A stretch of 63,404 bases of DNA, counting the filler, from Elsinoe ampelina (lineage: Eukaryota), in assembly GCA_010093995.1 (NCBI GenBank). It is 10 parts of 9 records of this genome, joined end to end, with 100 filler letters (N's around TTAATTAATTAA, not from the genome) between each part and the next. Parts side by side here need not be neighbours in the genome. Positions count along the whole stretch, not along the records: positions 11,553 to 16,565 come from ML992503.1; positions 16,666 to 43,888 come from ML992504.1; 8 more parts are not named here. The stretch is one strand, 5' to 3'. A model generated the notes under the pieces. That model did not search any database, was not told the origin of the DNA, and saw only the letters and a list, made by a program, of their open reading frames with translations. Position numbers and translations under genes: made by a program. Below are positions 11,553 to 23,268 of the stretch, piece after piece (position 1 is the first letter of the stretch; each line of letters opens with the position of its first letter).

Positions 11553-12608
11553 GAATAACTACTTTGTTAGTAGCCTTAGATTTACTATTTTAGTATTAAG
11601 TATTAGGTGTAGAGATATTCTATCTCTACCCTTTAAGATAAATAGCTGTTACTAGTTTATAGTTCTTAAATTTACCTCCTCTATTAGAGATAAAGATAAA
11701 TAAAAGCTTATTATAGACTATTTTATTCCTTGTATAGATAAGTTTAATTACTACTAGTGTATTACTCTTAAGAAAGAGAATAGTAATAAACTTATACTTA
11801 CTTTTACTATATGTTATAAAGAGAAGATATCTATAGCCCTTACTTAACTATAGTTTAATAGGACTAATAAGGTCTAGATAGAGTTTATCTAGTAAGTACT
11901 TTAGCGTATCTCTTAGTTCTCTTAATACTACCCTCTATGCCTTTAATATAGTATATAGTTTATAGTAGCTAAGATCTAATGTTTAAAGTTCTTCTAATCT
12001 AATAGCTTAACTTTTAGTAAGGGAGAGAATAGTGTTACTAGCATAGCCTAACCTCTAGTGCTATCTTTCTAATGTTAGCTTTTAAGTAGTTATAATAGCT
12101 AGATTTGCTTTTATAGCCTATAGCTTCTATAGTTTTAGCCTTGTAGACAATTCCTTATAGTCCTAAGGCTTATATACTTTAAAGTTCTTAAGCTATTTAA
12201 CTCTTTTAAAGTGTTTAATAAGGCTAACTTCCTTTCTATCCTTTATTAAGGATTTACTAACTATAGAGATACTAAGTTCCTCTTTATTCTAAAGATTAGA
12301 TATAAGAGTGTTTAGTAATAATAGTAAGTATATATAATTATAAAGCTTAATAATTAACATCTTGCCTTTGCTGTTAGTTAGGGTAAGCCTAACTATACTA
12401 ACTTCTGTATTAAGTAGCTTCTTTATACTAATAGCTTATTTAAATTTAAGAACACCTTTATGTACCTTAATTGTTAAGAACTATAACCTATCTTTAATAA
12501 AGTGCCTTAATGCACTAGAGTTATAGATTGCTCTATTCTTACTATAGGTTAAGGATAATAATATAGACACTGCTACTACCCTATAGACTAGTATAATAAT
12601 ATTAATAT
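11553..12608 (-). mobile_element. RIP-degraded Copia fragment (family C2), protease/integrase region
   Basis: Reverse complement matches 55871-56350 and ~50165-50377; interrupted at 12609 by the C3 LTR. Confidence 0.8.
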
Positions 12609-15600
12609 TGTTAAGAATATAGCTCTCTCTAGATGATTAGGCCCGAAGGTTATATAACTACAGGTTATATAATGCTAAGTCCTAGAGATTTATAGCTATT
12701 CTTTCTTTCGGTAGATAGACTCCTTAATCAATTAACTCGTCTATTACCTAACTAGTGTGCGGATTAGTTCTATATAATACTCTACCCCTAAACGTGCCTT
12801 CTGCTTAATAGGTTATAAGCCTAGAGCTTATAGTATAAGTATAGGATTATATATATAGTAGTTAGCCTACTACTTAAACAAAACGGAAGCGGAATTATAA
12901 TATCCCTACCGCCTTATAGTTAACTATCTAGATACCTTTAGTAAGCCTAGTAGACTGTACTATAAGTCGTAAAAGATTATACTGCTTAGGACAATAAGCA
13001 GGAATAGCACTTCTGTTTAGCACAGGTTTAACTCCTGTAATTGTTCTACTATAGCTACTGTTTATTAGCTAGATTAACTAAACATATTCGATTTATTAAC
13101 TTCCTCTAAGGCCTAGCTAGCCTTATAGACAACTATTAACTAGAGGTTATTAACTAAACTTAACCTTTATCTATTTATTTAATTCTCTTCTCCTTAGAGA
13201 ACTTAATTCTTAACTATAGAAGATTAGTCCTTATCTTTAAGAAGACTAGTTGTTAAGCTTAATAGACTTAACTAGAGAGAATAGTTCCACTAGATAGAAA
13301 TATACCTTATAAGTAAGAATACCTTCTAGACTATTCGTAGTTAGACTACCCCTTTAGTAACACTATTATCCGATAACACCTCTAGCTCCTTTTTAGTCCT
13401 ACCTATTAAGTTAAAGGACTAGTAAAAGGCTAATGCAACTACTAAGTACTAGGTTGTCTAGTACATCTTATAAGATAATAAAGAGTTACTATATAAGGAA
13501 GAGCTTATATTAGAGTATTAGAGATTACTTAAGTCTAAGTACAAAACAAACCTTAAGGCAAGCATAAGGGAGCTAGTTATCTAATTTGTGAACTATAAGA
13601 TAGATAAGTAGAATACTATTAATAAAGCTTAGTCCTACCTTACTAGCCTAGGAAGATAGATTACTATTGTCTACCTAGACAAGGGTTATTAGAGGGCAGT
13701 AGAGAGATTATAGTAGCTTCTCTCTTCTCTTCCTAACGACTATAGGTTTATAAGGTAAGTAATTAAAGTAAGGGGATTAACTAACATAGATAAGGTCCTT
13801 CTTATTCTTAAGGAGAAAGAGAGACGCCTTAGTAAGTATAAGATTGCTATGTTTACTAGGGGGAGACTAAATTAAGGACCTAGTAGAAGTATAAGCTACA
13901 TATATATTCTCTACTTATAGGCTAGTTATACTATAACTAGATACCCTTAACTTTAAAGAGTATAGAGGCATATTTAGCCTTCCTATAGGATTACTAAGAG
14001 CCTACTAAGGAGGAGAAGATCTCTATTAGCTTCTAATAATCTAATTACCCTTATTAGGCATCTTACTAAGAAGGTTAATAGACTAGAAGCAGCATCTAAG
14101 TCAAAGAAAGGCAAAGCCTTTACTACTACTAAAGGCTAGTCCGAACCTTCCTCTCTAATCTTAACTCTACTACCTAAAGTTCTATTAGGTAAAAAGGAAC
14201 TTAAGACTATAGGCTCTACATTAGAGGTATAAGGTAAGCTTCTATATCATTAGTAGATACTTAACTCTAGAGCATCTAACTATATAATAGACAAGCTAAC
14301 TCTCTTTAGGGGCCTATTAAGTAAGATACACACTTAATAGATCCAGGTTAGAGAGAGTTACCTTTAGTTATAGTTAATAGGAACTATAGTTATTAGGACT
14401 AAGAAGGGAGATAAAATAAAGGTATAGGCTCTTTATATACCTAATCTTAGTGTTAATTTAGTCTCCTATTGTAAGCTATATATAGATTTAGAAGTTTCTA
14501 GAGTTCTTAATTTAAATTCTTTTCTTATTCTTAATTCATAAAAGTAGCTACTACTTAAAGCTAGAATTCGAGGGGGGGTATATATTATCTAATCCCTCTT
14601 TAAGTAGTTAGCTAATCAAAAGCCGTATTCTAGACCTAAGCCCGGCTTAATTCTAGATCTAGCTAATTAGGACATAGCATTTCTTACTACTTAGCTAGTA
14701 ATTATATTACACACTAAGTATACATATCTAACCTAGGATAAGCAACATAAGGATCTTATTAATTTAAGACCTAACAACTCTAACATAGAGTACTAACTCT
14801 AGTATAGGAGATTTGCTTACCTTAGAGTTAAGAAGCTTAGGGATCTTTATAAGGTTATAACTCTTAAGAAGCCTATTAACTTAAACTATGATTTATTAAT
14901 CCTATATAAGGTCTGTTCCTTAATAAAGATAAGGAATAGAAGAGGTAAAACTTCATAGAGAAGACTAGAGGTTCTTTAGCTTATTTATGCTAACATCTAT
15001 AGCCTAATTAAAGCAAGTAGGGAAGGATTTAGATACTTCCTAGAGCTTATAGATAGCTATTTAAGGATGATATAGATTATACTACTTAAGACAAGAGATA
15101 AAGCTCTATAGAGGCTTATTAAGTAGAAGCTAAGGGTTAAGAAGGAAAGTAATACTAAAGTTAAGGTCACTAGATTAGACAATGCTAGTAAGCTTAACAA
15201 GATCCTAAAGTAGTAAGAGCGCTAAGAAGACATCTATTATACAACTACTAAGCTATATAATTTAATCTAGAATAGACTAGTAGAGAAAGGCATCTAAACC
15301 TTAGAGAATAGCATAAGAGCAATGCTTAAGGACTTAAAGATGCTAAATAAGTTCTAGCCTAAAGTAGTTTAAGTAGATATATATCTAAGGAATAGGACAG
15401 CAACTAGACCTATAATCAATAATAAGCAAGTTATACTAATTAAGGCCTATATAGGCATTAAGCCATTAGTTAATTACATTAGAGTCTAGAGCTATAAGGT
15501 ATACACCTATATAAACCTAAAGTCCCTTTCTATATATAGAAGAAAAGATAAGCTTATAGACAGAGGAAGAGTAGGAGTATTCCTTAGCTATATAGATAGA

Positions 15601-16565
15601 ACTAACAGGATATACAAGATATAGACACCTAATAGGAAGGTAGTAATTGTATTACTAAATATTAAGTTCTCTAAATTTAAGAAAGGTAGGAATATTAATC
15701 TTAGTATTAAGATTAGTACTACGAGCAATTAAGCACTAGTTAGGAGACTAATTAGTAAACTAACCTAGATCCGAGCCCGGCTTAATCCTAAGGTAGACTA
15801 ATTAGATTAGCCTATTTAGTAAGAAGCGCCTATAGGGAGAATCTTCTTATATATCGAGATTCTAAGAGTTAACCCTATTAACCTTGTAGAATTCTAACGT
15901 AGAGAAGAGCTAATAGTTTAATCTATATTACCTAATTATATAGGTTAATCACTTAAGAGATTAAGAGATAAAGAATCTAATAATAAAGAGCCTAAGGTAA
16001 AGCATTATAGAGCATTTATTACTAAGTGTATTAATTAGCAAGATAAGGTTAATAAGATTACTATAACAGCCTCTATTAAGTAATATGTCCTAATTCTAAG
16101 AGACTACTATAAGGCTGTTACTAATCTAGTTTAGGGAAGCAAGTAGTAGAAAGTAATTAATGTAGAGCTTAATGCTCTAGAATTAAACAACATATAGGAA
16201 GAAGTTATTCCTCTAAAAGGATTAAACTTAGTAACATCTAAGTAGGTCTTTAATGTTAAATATAACACGGATAGCTCTATTAAGAAGTTTAAGGCTAGAC
16301 TTATTACTAGAGGCTTCTTATAGAAGTATAGTATTAACTATAAAGATACATTTATACTAACAGTTAGAGTAGATACACTAAGACTGTTCTTTACCATCGT
16401 ATATATACTTAACCTTAAATGTCATTAGGTGAATATTAATAATGCCTTTATAGAATTATTCCTTAGAGAAGTAATTTACATAAGGCTACTACCTAGACTT
16501 AAGGTCTAACCTAGTATTACCTTCCGTATTCTTAGGAGCTTATATAGACTTAAGTAAGCTACTAG
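12609..16565 (+). mobile_element. RIP-degraded Copia element (family C3): 5' LTR 12609-12810, PBS-like GGTTATAAGCC, gag, protease, integrase, RT; ends at gap
   Basis: TGTTAAG...CTTAATA termini; de-RIPed WHRRFAHLG (~14800), IHADICGP (~14985), [33 protein letters not shown] (~16245-16340), LYGLKQA (~16540). Confidence 0.87.
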
Positions 16566-16665
16566 NNNNNNNNNNNNNNNNNNNNNNNNNNNNNNNNNNN
16601 NNNNNNNNNTTAATTAATTAANNNNNNNNNNNNNNNNNNNNNNNNNNNNNNNNNNNNNNNNNNNN

Positions 16666-17350
16666 ATACTAGCTTTAGTAGCTACCTAATAAGGAAGAGC
16701 CTTTAAAGCTATCTCTTTAAGATATTTTAAGGATTAATTAACTAGAAAGCTATAAAGTAACTAATAGTTATAATATTAACTATAGAGGCTAAGCTACTTA
16801 CTCTTATAGAGACTACTAAGTAAGATATATAGTAGAGAAGGCTAATAGCCTCTATTTATCCTCTTAAATATATTAGTATTTAGTGTAACAATTAGTAAAC
16901 TATTAGTCTTATTACTACTCTAATTAAGAAGCTAAATATATATCTTTACTATATTAATATTTATTATTATTAGCTAAAATAAGAGATTAATTAAGCTAGA
17001 GATCTATTTAGTCTTATCTTAGTTATATAGACACTATTAGTAGATACACTAGCTAATAGATTTACTAAATTATTACTACCTAGGAGGTATAAGGCCTTCT
17101 TATAATAGCTATCCCTTAAGTTAGTAGTCTACTAACTAGCTATTATAGAATTATAGCTACTTAGTAAAGAGGTGTATTAACTAAGGTATAAGCTAGAGCG
17201 CTAAGAAGACCCTGATTTAGTTTATCCTAAGGTTAAACTAAATACTATCTTACTATTTTACTAATCTATAATTAAATTAGATAATTATTGTCTTAATCTA
17301 CTACTATTAAGAAGTTCTTTTAATTTAGCTATCTTTTAGTACACCAGGTT
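16666..17350 (+). mobile_element. Copia RNase H region, purine tract and probable 3' LTR (from ~17175); right end approximate
   Basis: De-RIPed STTEAELLAL (~16780), HIDIHHHWLKQE-like (~16950), ADGFTK (~17050); resembles the C1 type more than C3 (inference). Confidence 0.7.
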
Positions 17351-18757
17351 AAGTATTTATGTAGTTATAATCCACCTCATTTTGGTAGTTCAGGCAGTAA
17401 TTAATCCTTTTTCCTCCCCTACACAAGTCAACAGCACCATTACCGGGAGCACGTCGGCGGTACAAATGCAGCACAAGCATGGGTCGGCATCGACATTACG
17501 GTTTCGGGAACTTGGACCCGTGGTCGATAGACAGGGATGCCATTGGCTACACCGACCCCTGCCCTACTGCACCAAACCTTCTAAGAAATGTGCTGAAGAA
17601 TCTGGTGGGATGAAAACGATATCGACAAGGTTGGCTGTGCTTGGTATCGTCCTTGGAGATCTTCCATCGACATTTGTTGATTGAGTAATGCCAACCTGCA
17701 TTTCCTGTAGGCACATCGACAAATGTCTACGGTTGAGTCAGGAACCTGGATACAACCAGCTGCAGGCATGTCGATCAGCAGACTTCCCTCTCGCCGCATC
17801 AGTCACAGGCATTGTGAGCACAGGATGCTATTGCCCACCGACGATGACCGGTCTCTCTGAACTGACAGTCGTGCAACTACAAGCTCAGCCAGTGGCCGCC
17901 CACCTCAGCAAGGATACATCGGAAGCGCATGCACATTCACTTCAACCGAGCCCCTGCAACATCAACGTGCCTCGCCGCCGCTCCCGCGATTTCAACAACC
18001 CGCTCTCAATTCCCACGTCTTAACCCACGCCTACCCAGCCCTATACCGACCCACCACCTGAACATAGCAATGCCCATCACACCACCACGATCCACAAGCA
18101 AACGCCATCATCTACAAATCTCGGTATTCAGCCCCCAGTCTCCCACGCGGGACCACATCTTGGTATGCATGCAGCTGCAATATCTCGCCGAGAGGCACCG
18201 AGACCTGCAGATCCGGATCTTCCCAGAGGCACGGGTCTACCCTTGAGATCTCCCAGGTCCATGCTTCCTGCAAGCCACAGTGGGCTTCATCACTTCCATG
18301 CCATCCGAGTCAGGTCTTGTGACGGCACTCGGCAGCGATGGCGACATGCGATACTACCACGTTGTCAAGGCTGTGGGGGTTGAAAATGCCTCATCTCCAC
18401 GCCGCTCGGCATATGCTCTGAGACAGGGTCGACGGTATGGTGGCGTCCGGTGTTCCGGTGTACCCGACGGTATCACGGCTGGGCTGCATATCCATTCCAA
18501 CTCAGACGCCAAGGGCAGACTGCAATGTTGCCAACACCACGATCTTGGGACTTTGTCCATCCCACGGATCGTCGGCAACCCGGTCGATGGACACGGGCGC
18601 TGCTCGAGCGATACCGAGTTTGGCCTCTGACATCTAAGGATGTATTGCATTATGAACACAGTAAGCATGATCCCATACACGAGACGGTAAGTGCCACACC
18701 AAACACCAACACCACCGTGCCAATGCGAACAATCAAAATGCATTCAATCCCTATCTA

Positions 18758-20659
18758 TCAAGTCTCCAAGCCGGTACCGTGATCCCGTCTCTCTACCCCT
18801 CCATCTCCGTGTCCATCTCCTTGTCCCTCCTCCCCAGACTTCACCACCTCCACCACCGTCTTGCCTTGTATCAAAATCACCACCACTAGCAACGCCGCAT
18901 TGAAGCCCGCCATGAGATAGAACGGCGCTCCTACGCTCGTCGTATCGAATAGGTGCCCCCCAAGCTTGGTGAGCAGTAATATCGCCGCTCCACCAGCGAG
19001 GGAGTACACCCCCGCTATCGTCCCCTTGAGGTGCGTCCTATCCGTATACCCCGCACCAATCTTGCCCGTCTCTACCGCCAACAGAGGCGTGGCCTCCGAC
19101 TCGGTCTGCCCTTCCGCCTGAGCCTGCACGGGCTGTTCCTCCGAAACCACCGCGCCTCCAACGCCATTCACACTCGGCCTCACCTCCACCGGCGACGTCA
19201 CCCCATCCCCCATCCCCACCGGATCCACCGTCTGGATTCCCTGCGCCAGTATCCCCAACGAACAAACAATCGCCCCAATCTGACTGATCCCAATCAAAAT
19301 CACCGCGATGATCACCCCCTTGCCCCCCTCCGCCTTGGGATCCGGACTGGTCAGGGTTCCAAACGCGATATACCCCACCACCCCACACGCCGCCGCCACC
19401 GTCAGGGGCAACTTACTCAACCCCCTCCTCTTCGCATACCTCGCGTTGAACCACCCGAACAACGGCGCGGACAGCAGGGCTACCAGCTGGGAGATACCGG
19501 TCAGCATGCTCGCGAGTTTGTACGCGCGCGAACAGCTGTCTTTGATGGCGTCCCCGGGGGTGGACGTGCAGATGCCTTTGCGGATGAAGTAGGCGTTTAC
19601 GAAGAGGGGAATGAAGAGGGAGATGCCGACCGAGGAGGCGCGGGCGACGAAGCCGCCTATGTAGCCTAGGGTTATGTTGGGGTCGACGAGGCCGAGGTGG
19701 AGGGCGGAGCGGAGGAGGTGGAGGTAGGATGGGGTCCGGGAGGGGGAGGAGGATGGGTTGGTGGATGGGGGGAGGGTGAAGAGGTGGCGCCAGGTTTTGG
19801 ACTCTTCCCCTGGGAGACGGCGCAGGCCGAGGAAGACGAAGATGGAGACGACGAGGGAGATGCTACCGACGATGTAGAAGCTGGATTGTACGGCGGTGGC
19901 TTTGGTGAGGTTTTTGCCGAGCATGGTCGGGAGGGGGAGGAAGAGGCCGAGGGCGACGAGGGCGCCGATGCCCGTGAACATGCCTACGAAGCCGGCGAGG
20001 CGGCTGGCGTCCATGGGAGGATCGACTTTGTCTTCTGGGCCTGTTTCGATGTTGGCTATTGATCGTCTCCTGTGTCTGTACTTGGCCAGTAGTGGAGCGC
20101 TCTTGCTTCTTGTCTGGTATAAGGCAGGTGTGATTGTGAGCTCACTGCTCACGCTGGGTGCTAGACTGTGTCTGTTGACGTTGCCAGCTGATGCTGTCCT
20201 TTGTTCACCCTGCGGTGCCTCATCTTGAGTTGCTCCTCCATCTCTTCGTGCTGTCATCGCTGGCAACACAGCTGTGACCATTGTTGTACAAGCCGCCCCA
20301 CCTATGCTGAATACCATCCTCCAGATCACCAGATCCGGGTACACTCTTCCGGCCTGCACCAGACATATCAAACTCAGTCCAATAACCACATATCCAGCTG
20401 TTGCGACATGGCGAACCCCAACCCTGTCCGAGATGATGCCCCATAGCGGACAGGCGACCAGGGCAACCAGCTCGTCGGCGAAACCGAGAGTGCCGACAGC
20501 GGACCCGACAGAGGTGCGCTGGCCGAGGACATCGGTGATGACGAATGAGATGGAGGAGTTGAGGAAGACGAGGAAGGAGATGGAGAATAGAGCGATGCCG
20601 AGGAGGTAGGTTGTTGCTTGGATGGGGGACGCAGTGAAGTGGGGGAGGAGGCGATACAT
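18758..20659 (-). CDS. Major facilitator superfamily transporter, 633 aa, single exon
   Basis: Intact ORF with about 12 hydrophobic segments, motif-A-like WGIISDRVGVR, long hydrophilic loops; substrate not identifiable. Confidence 0.9.
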   Translation of the reverse strand: MYRLLPHFTASPIQATTYLLGIALFSISFLVFLNSSISFVITDVLGQRTSVGSAVGTLGFADELVALVACPLWGIISDRVGVRHVATAGYVVIGLSLICLVQAGRVYPDLVIWRMVFSIGGAACTTMVTAVLPAMTARRDGGATQDEAPQGEQRTASAGNVNRHSLAPSVSSELTITPALYQTRSKSAPLLAKYRHRRRSIANIETGPEDKVDPPMDASRLAGFVGMFTGIGALVALGLFLPLPTMLGKNLTKATAVQSSFYIVGSISLVVSIFVFLGLRRLPGEESKTWRHLFTLPPSTNPSSSPSRTPSYLHLLRSALHLGLVDPNITLGYIGGFVARASSVGISLFIPLFVNAYFIRKGICTSTPGDAIKDSCSRAYKLASMLTGISQLVALLSAPLFGWFNARYAKRRGLSKLPLTVAAACGVVGYIAFGTLTSPDPKAEGGKGVIIAVILIGISQIGAIVCSLGILAQGIQTVDPVGMGDGVTSPVEVRPSVNGVGGAVVSEEQPVQAQAEGQTESEATPLLAVETGKIGAGYTDRTHLKGTIAGVYSLAGGAAILLLTKLGGHLFDTTSVGAPFYLMAGFNAALLVVVILIQGKTVVEVVKSGEEGQGDGHGDGGVERRDHGTGLET

Positions 20660-20939
20660 GGTTGTGGTGGTGGCGCTGATGATGCCGAGAGTCGCTCTGG
20701 GGTCATTATATCGTCCCGAAGGACATTGAGGGTATTATCAGCTCCGGCGCATAGTCATGGGGTTGAAGTGCAGGCGTCGTAGAGCAATTGGAGCTGTGAT
20801 GTGCAGCGAGCTGCTGGGCATCAGGTTCGCGGGGACCGGGCTGTGATTGGTCAAATCATCTTCATTGCCATAGGGCTCGAGATATTATGTTTTCAGCGGT
20901 ATTACTTCTGCAGCATCCTGTCTACGACGTTCCAGATGC

Positions 20940-22095
20940 TCAGTGTATACCCTCCTCCCGCAGAACCTCTGCTTGGACCTCCTCATCGTCACATTTGAAG
21001 ACGACCTTCAGACCACTGACGGCCCTATTGCGGAGCAAGCTCAACGCCTTCTCTGCTCGCTCAAGCGTGTCTTTCCCTTCGATCAATCTGACTCGATTTG
21101 GCGTGATGACGCCTTTCGCAATCAGTCCGGGCATGACAGTCCGCTGCAAGTGCTCTACGTGGAACGTGTTCTCCTGGTAGGAATGCGTTCTGACTCCTCT
21201 GGCTTCCACACCATCTGCCCACCTCGCGTTTTCGACGCATCCATTTCATACACTGGCTCGGACGTCTCAGACGCATCTTTGACGATGACTAGTAGCATGA
21301 TAGCTACCTTTGATCCAGACTCAGCGACTCGTGCGACGAAAGCGAGCGAGTTGTCCCGGCTGCCGATACAATCAATGATCAGCGGCAAACCTCCGAGTGA
21401 TCTGAGCTGAGAGACCACTGCGCTATCACTGTAGTCGAAGGTCTTTGTCGCACCATGACTGTGAAGGAGGATATACCGGCGTTGCGAAGCCACGGCATAG
21501 ATGTTGCTGTAGCCATAATACTTAAGTACCTGGATGGAGTACTGGCCCACTGAGCTCGACGCTCCCCACACCAGAACGGGACGATCATCCTTGGGAGAGT
21601 AGTCGTCTGGCTTTGGCCATGGTAGTGTCAAACCGAGGTCACTCACGATGGTGTGGAATGTCGCGACCAGATTGGTTGGAATAGTGGCCGCTTCCTGCTG
21701 CGTAATGTTCGACGGAATCTACAAGCCCGTTAGGCATAGACAGGATCGGTGGATTTGAGACACGTACCTTGCCAAACTTGGTCTCTGGAGCGGTGACAAA
21801 GGTCTGGTAGGCCTTCTCCTCACGTCCTGCGAAGCCAAAAACTTTGTCGCCAATCGACAGGTGTGTGACATCAGCCCCCACTGCGACCAATGTGCCGATA
21901 CTGCATCGCCGAGGACCTGTGGATGGTTCACCAGAAGGCCCCCGTCGGATTGGTGAAGCTCGAGTGGTCCCATCGTGGTGTACTCATTCTTGACGAGGAC
22001 TTCATTGCCCTTGAGTACTATGGTAGGTACCTTGATAATTTCCAAAGAGGCTCCTCCGCACTCGTCGCAATAGCCGTGTGCTGTCCCAGCTTGAA
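20940..22095 (-). pseudogene. MDR-family (GroES-like + Rossmann) dehydrogenase / enoyl-reductase-like gene with 3 frameshifts; intron 21719-21767
   Basis: LEIIKVPT..EVLVK..GGLLVNHPQVLGD / GTLVAVGADVTHLSIGDKVFG / VLVWGASSSVGQYSIQVLK / WADGVEARGVRTH lie in different frames (shifts near 22050, 21897, 21225); GTACGT..CTAAC..TAG intron; no in-frame ATG seen. Confidence 0.82.
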
Positions 22096-23268
22096 GCACA
22101 GGGAGTGTGAGGCTTTACGGCAAAATCACCGCACGGCGAGACACATATATGTTGAGACCATTATCATTACAAAGCAGCGGATTGTCATAGCTTGAGTCCG
22201 ACCACCAATCCTCCTGCTGCACGGTATGAGTGCGGCCTAAAACGTCGATCATGTAACATGCTTTGTCAGCGGATAGGTGTGCGTCTTGTGCAAGCATCCC
22301 AACATCCTGTCCAAGAACCACGATACAATATTACCATTTCGCATGTCGGCTGACATTACTGGAAAACGTCCGATTTCACTATATACACCAGTTTCTCATG
22401 AGTGCTGTAGAGCACGTGGCACTCCCGCCGAAAGTCTGGCACTATATCAGCTCTTTGCGGATGAGAACGGACACGATTTGATGAAAAGATAGTGATGAAC
22501 TGATCGCACGGGATCGATGTGAGAATCATAAAGAGTGCTTTTTGCAAAGTGTTGTGATGCGGCGGTGTCCCCGCGGGCAAGCTTGAAGGACCAGGTGAGG
22601 TTGAAAATAAGCTCATGGACGACGATGAGAACCCCACAGATCTGCCACTACCGAGATGCAAGCGGCGGCATGAGATAATGCTCATTGAGCTGTAGAGAAT
22701 GGTTTTATGGGATATACTGTTCTCAGAGGCATGGGATCAGCTCTGAAAAAGCGGAAAGTTGCTCAACTCACCCCCGCGACACTTTTGACACCAATTTTGA
22801 ATACTTGCGACGTGTTATGGGAAGAAATGAATTGTATTTGCTATTGAGGTCGAGAATCGAATGTCTTGTCCGACGATTTGCGCGGGCGGGTCGTGGAGCT
22901 TTTTCGAGACTTGGCGTTATCAAGCCAGGCTCACGGACCACCCAGCACTTGTTCCTCCGACTCATCACTGCCTCCCTCTCCATTTTTGCTGCTGCTCTGC
23001 CGAAGACGAGCCATCCAGGTATTGGCACCACTGTCGCTTGTATACTATATTTGTGGTCTCTTTAAAATTGCTTCGACTGACGCCCGACAATCGATCAACC
23101 AAAAGCCTGTCCAGTCCTCCCACGTGCTCGTCGCATCTCGTCCTGCGCCATCACAAGTCCAAGGACCGTCAACACAATCTCGGACGGCGACTTGACAACG
23201 CAATCCCATCATGCACATGTCATGAGCGTCTCCATCGTCGCCTATGCTTAGTCATATCTTGTCACACC

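Noticed and set aside
12601..12608. ATTAATAT precedes both the C3 and G2 insertion sites
   Set aside because: RIP converges sequence onto such AT words; not evidence of target specificity.
19031..20609. Antisense and alternate-frame ORFs over the MFS gene (likewise over YTA7 and AGC1)
   Set aside because: Shadow ORFs caused by high GC and strand skew.
22861..23268. N-terminal 136 aa of the 1134-aa ORF
   Set aside because: Composition unlike Yta7; ATG 23269 (CACCATGTC) before the acidic/basic region is the more plausible start.
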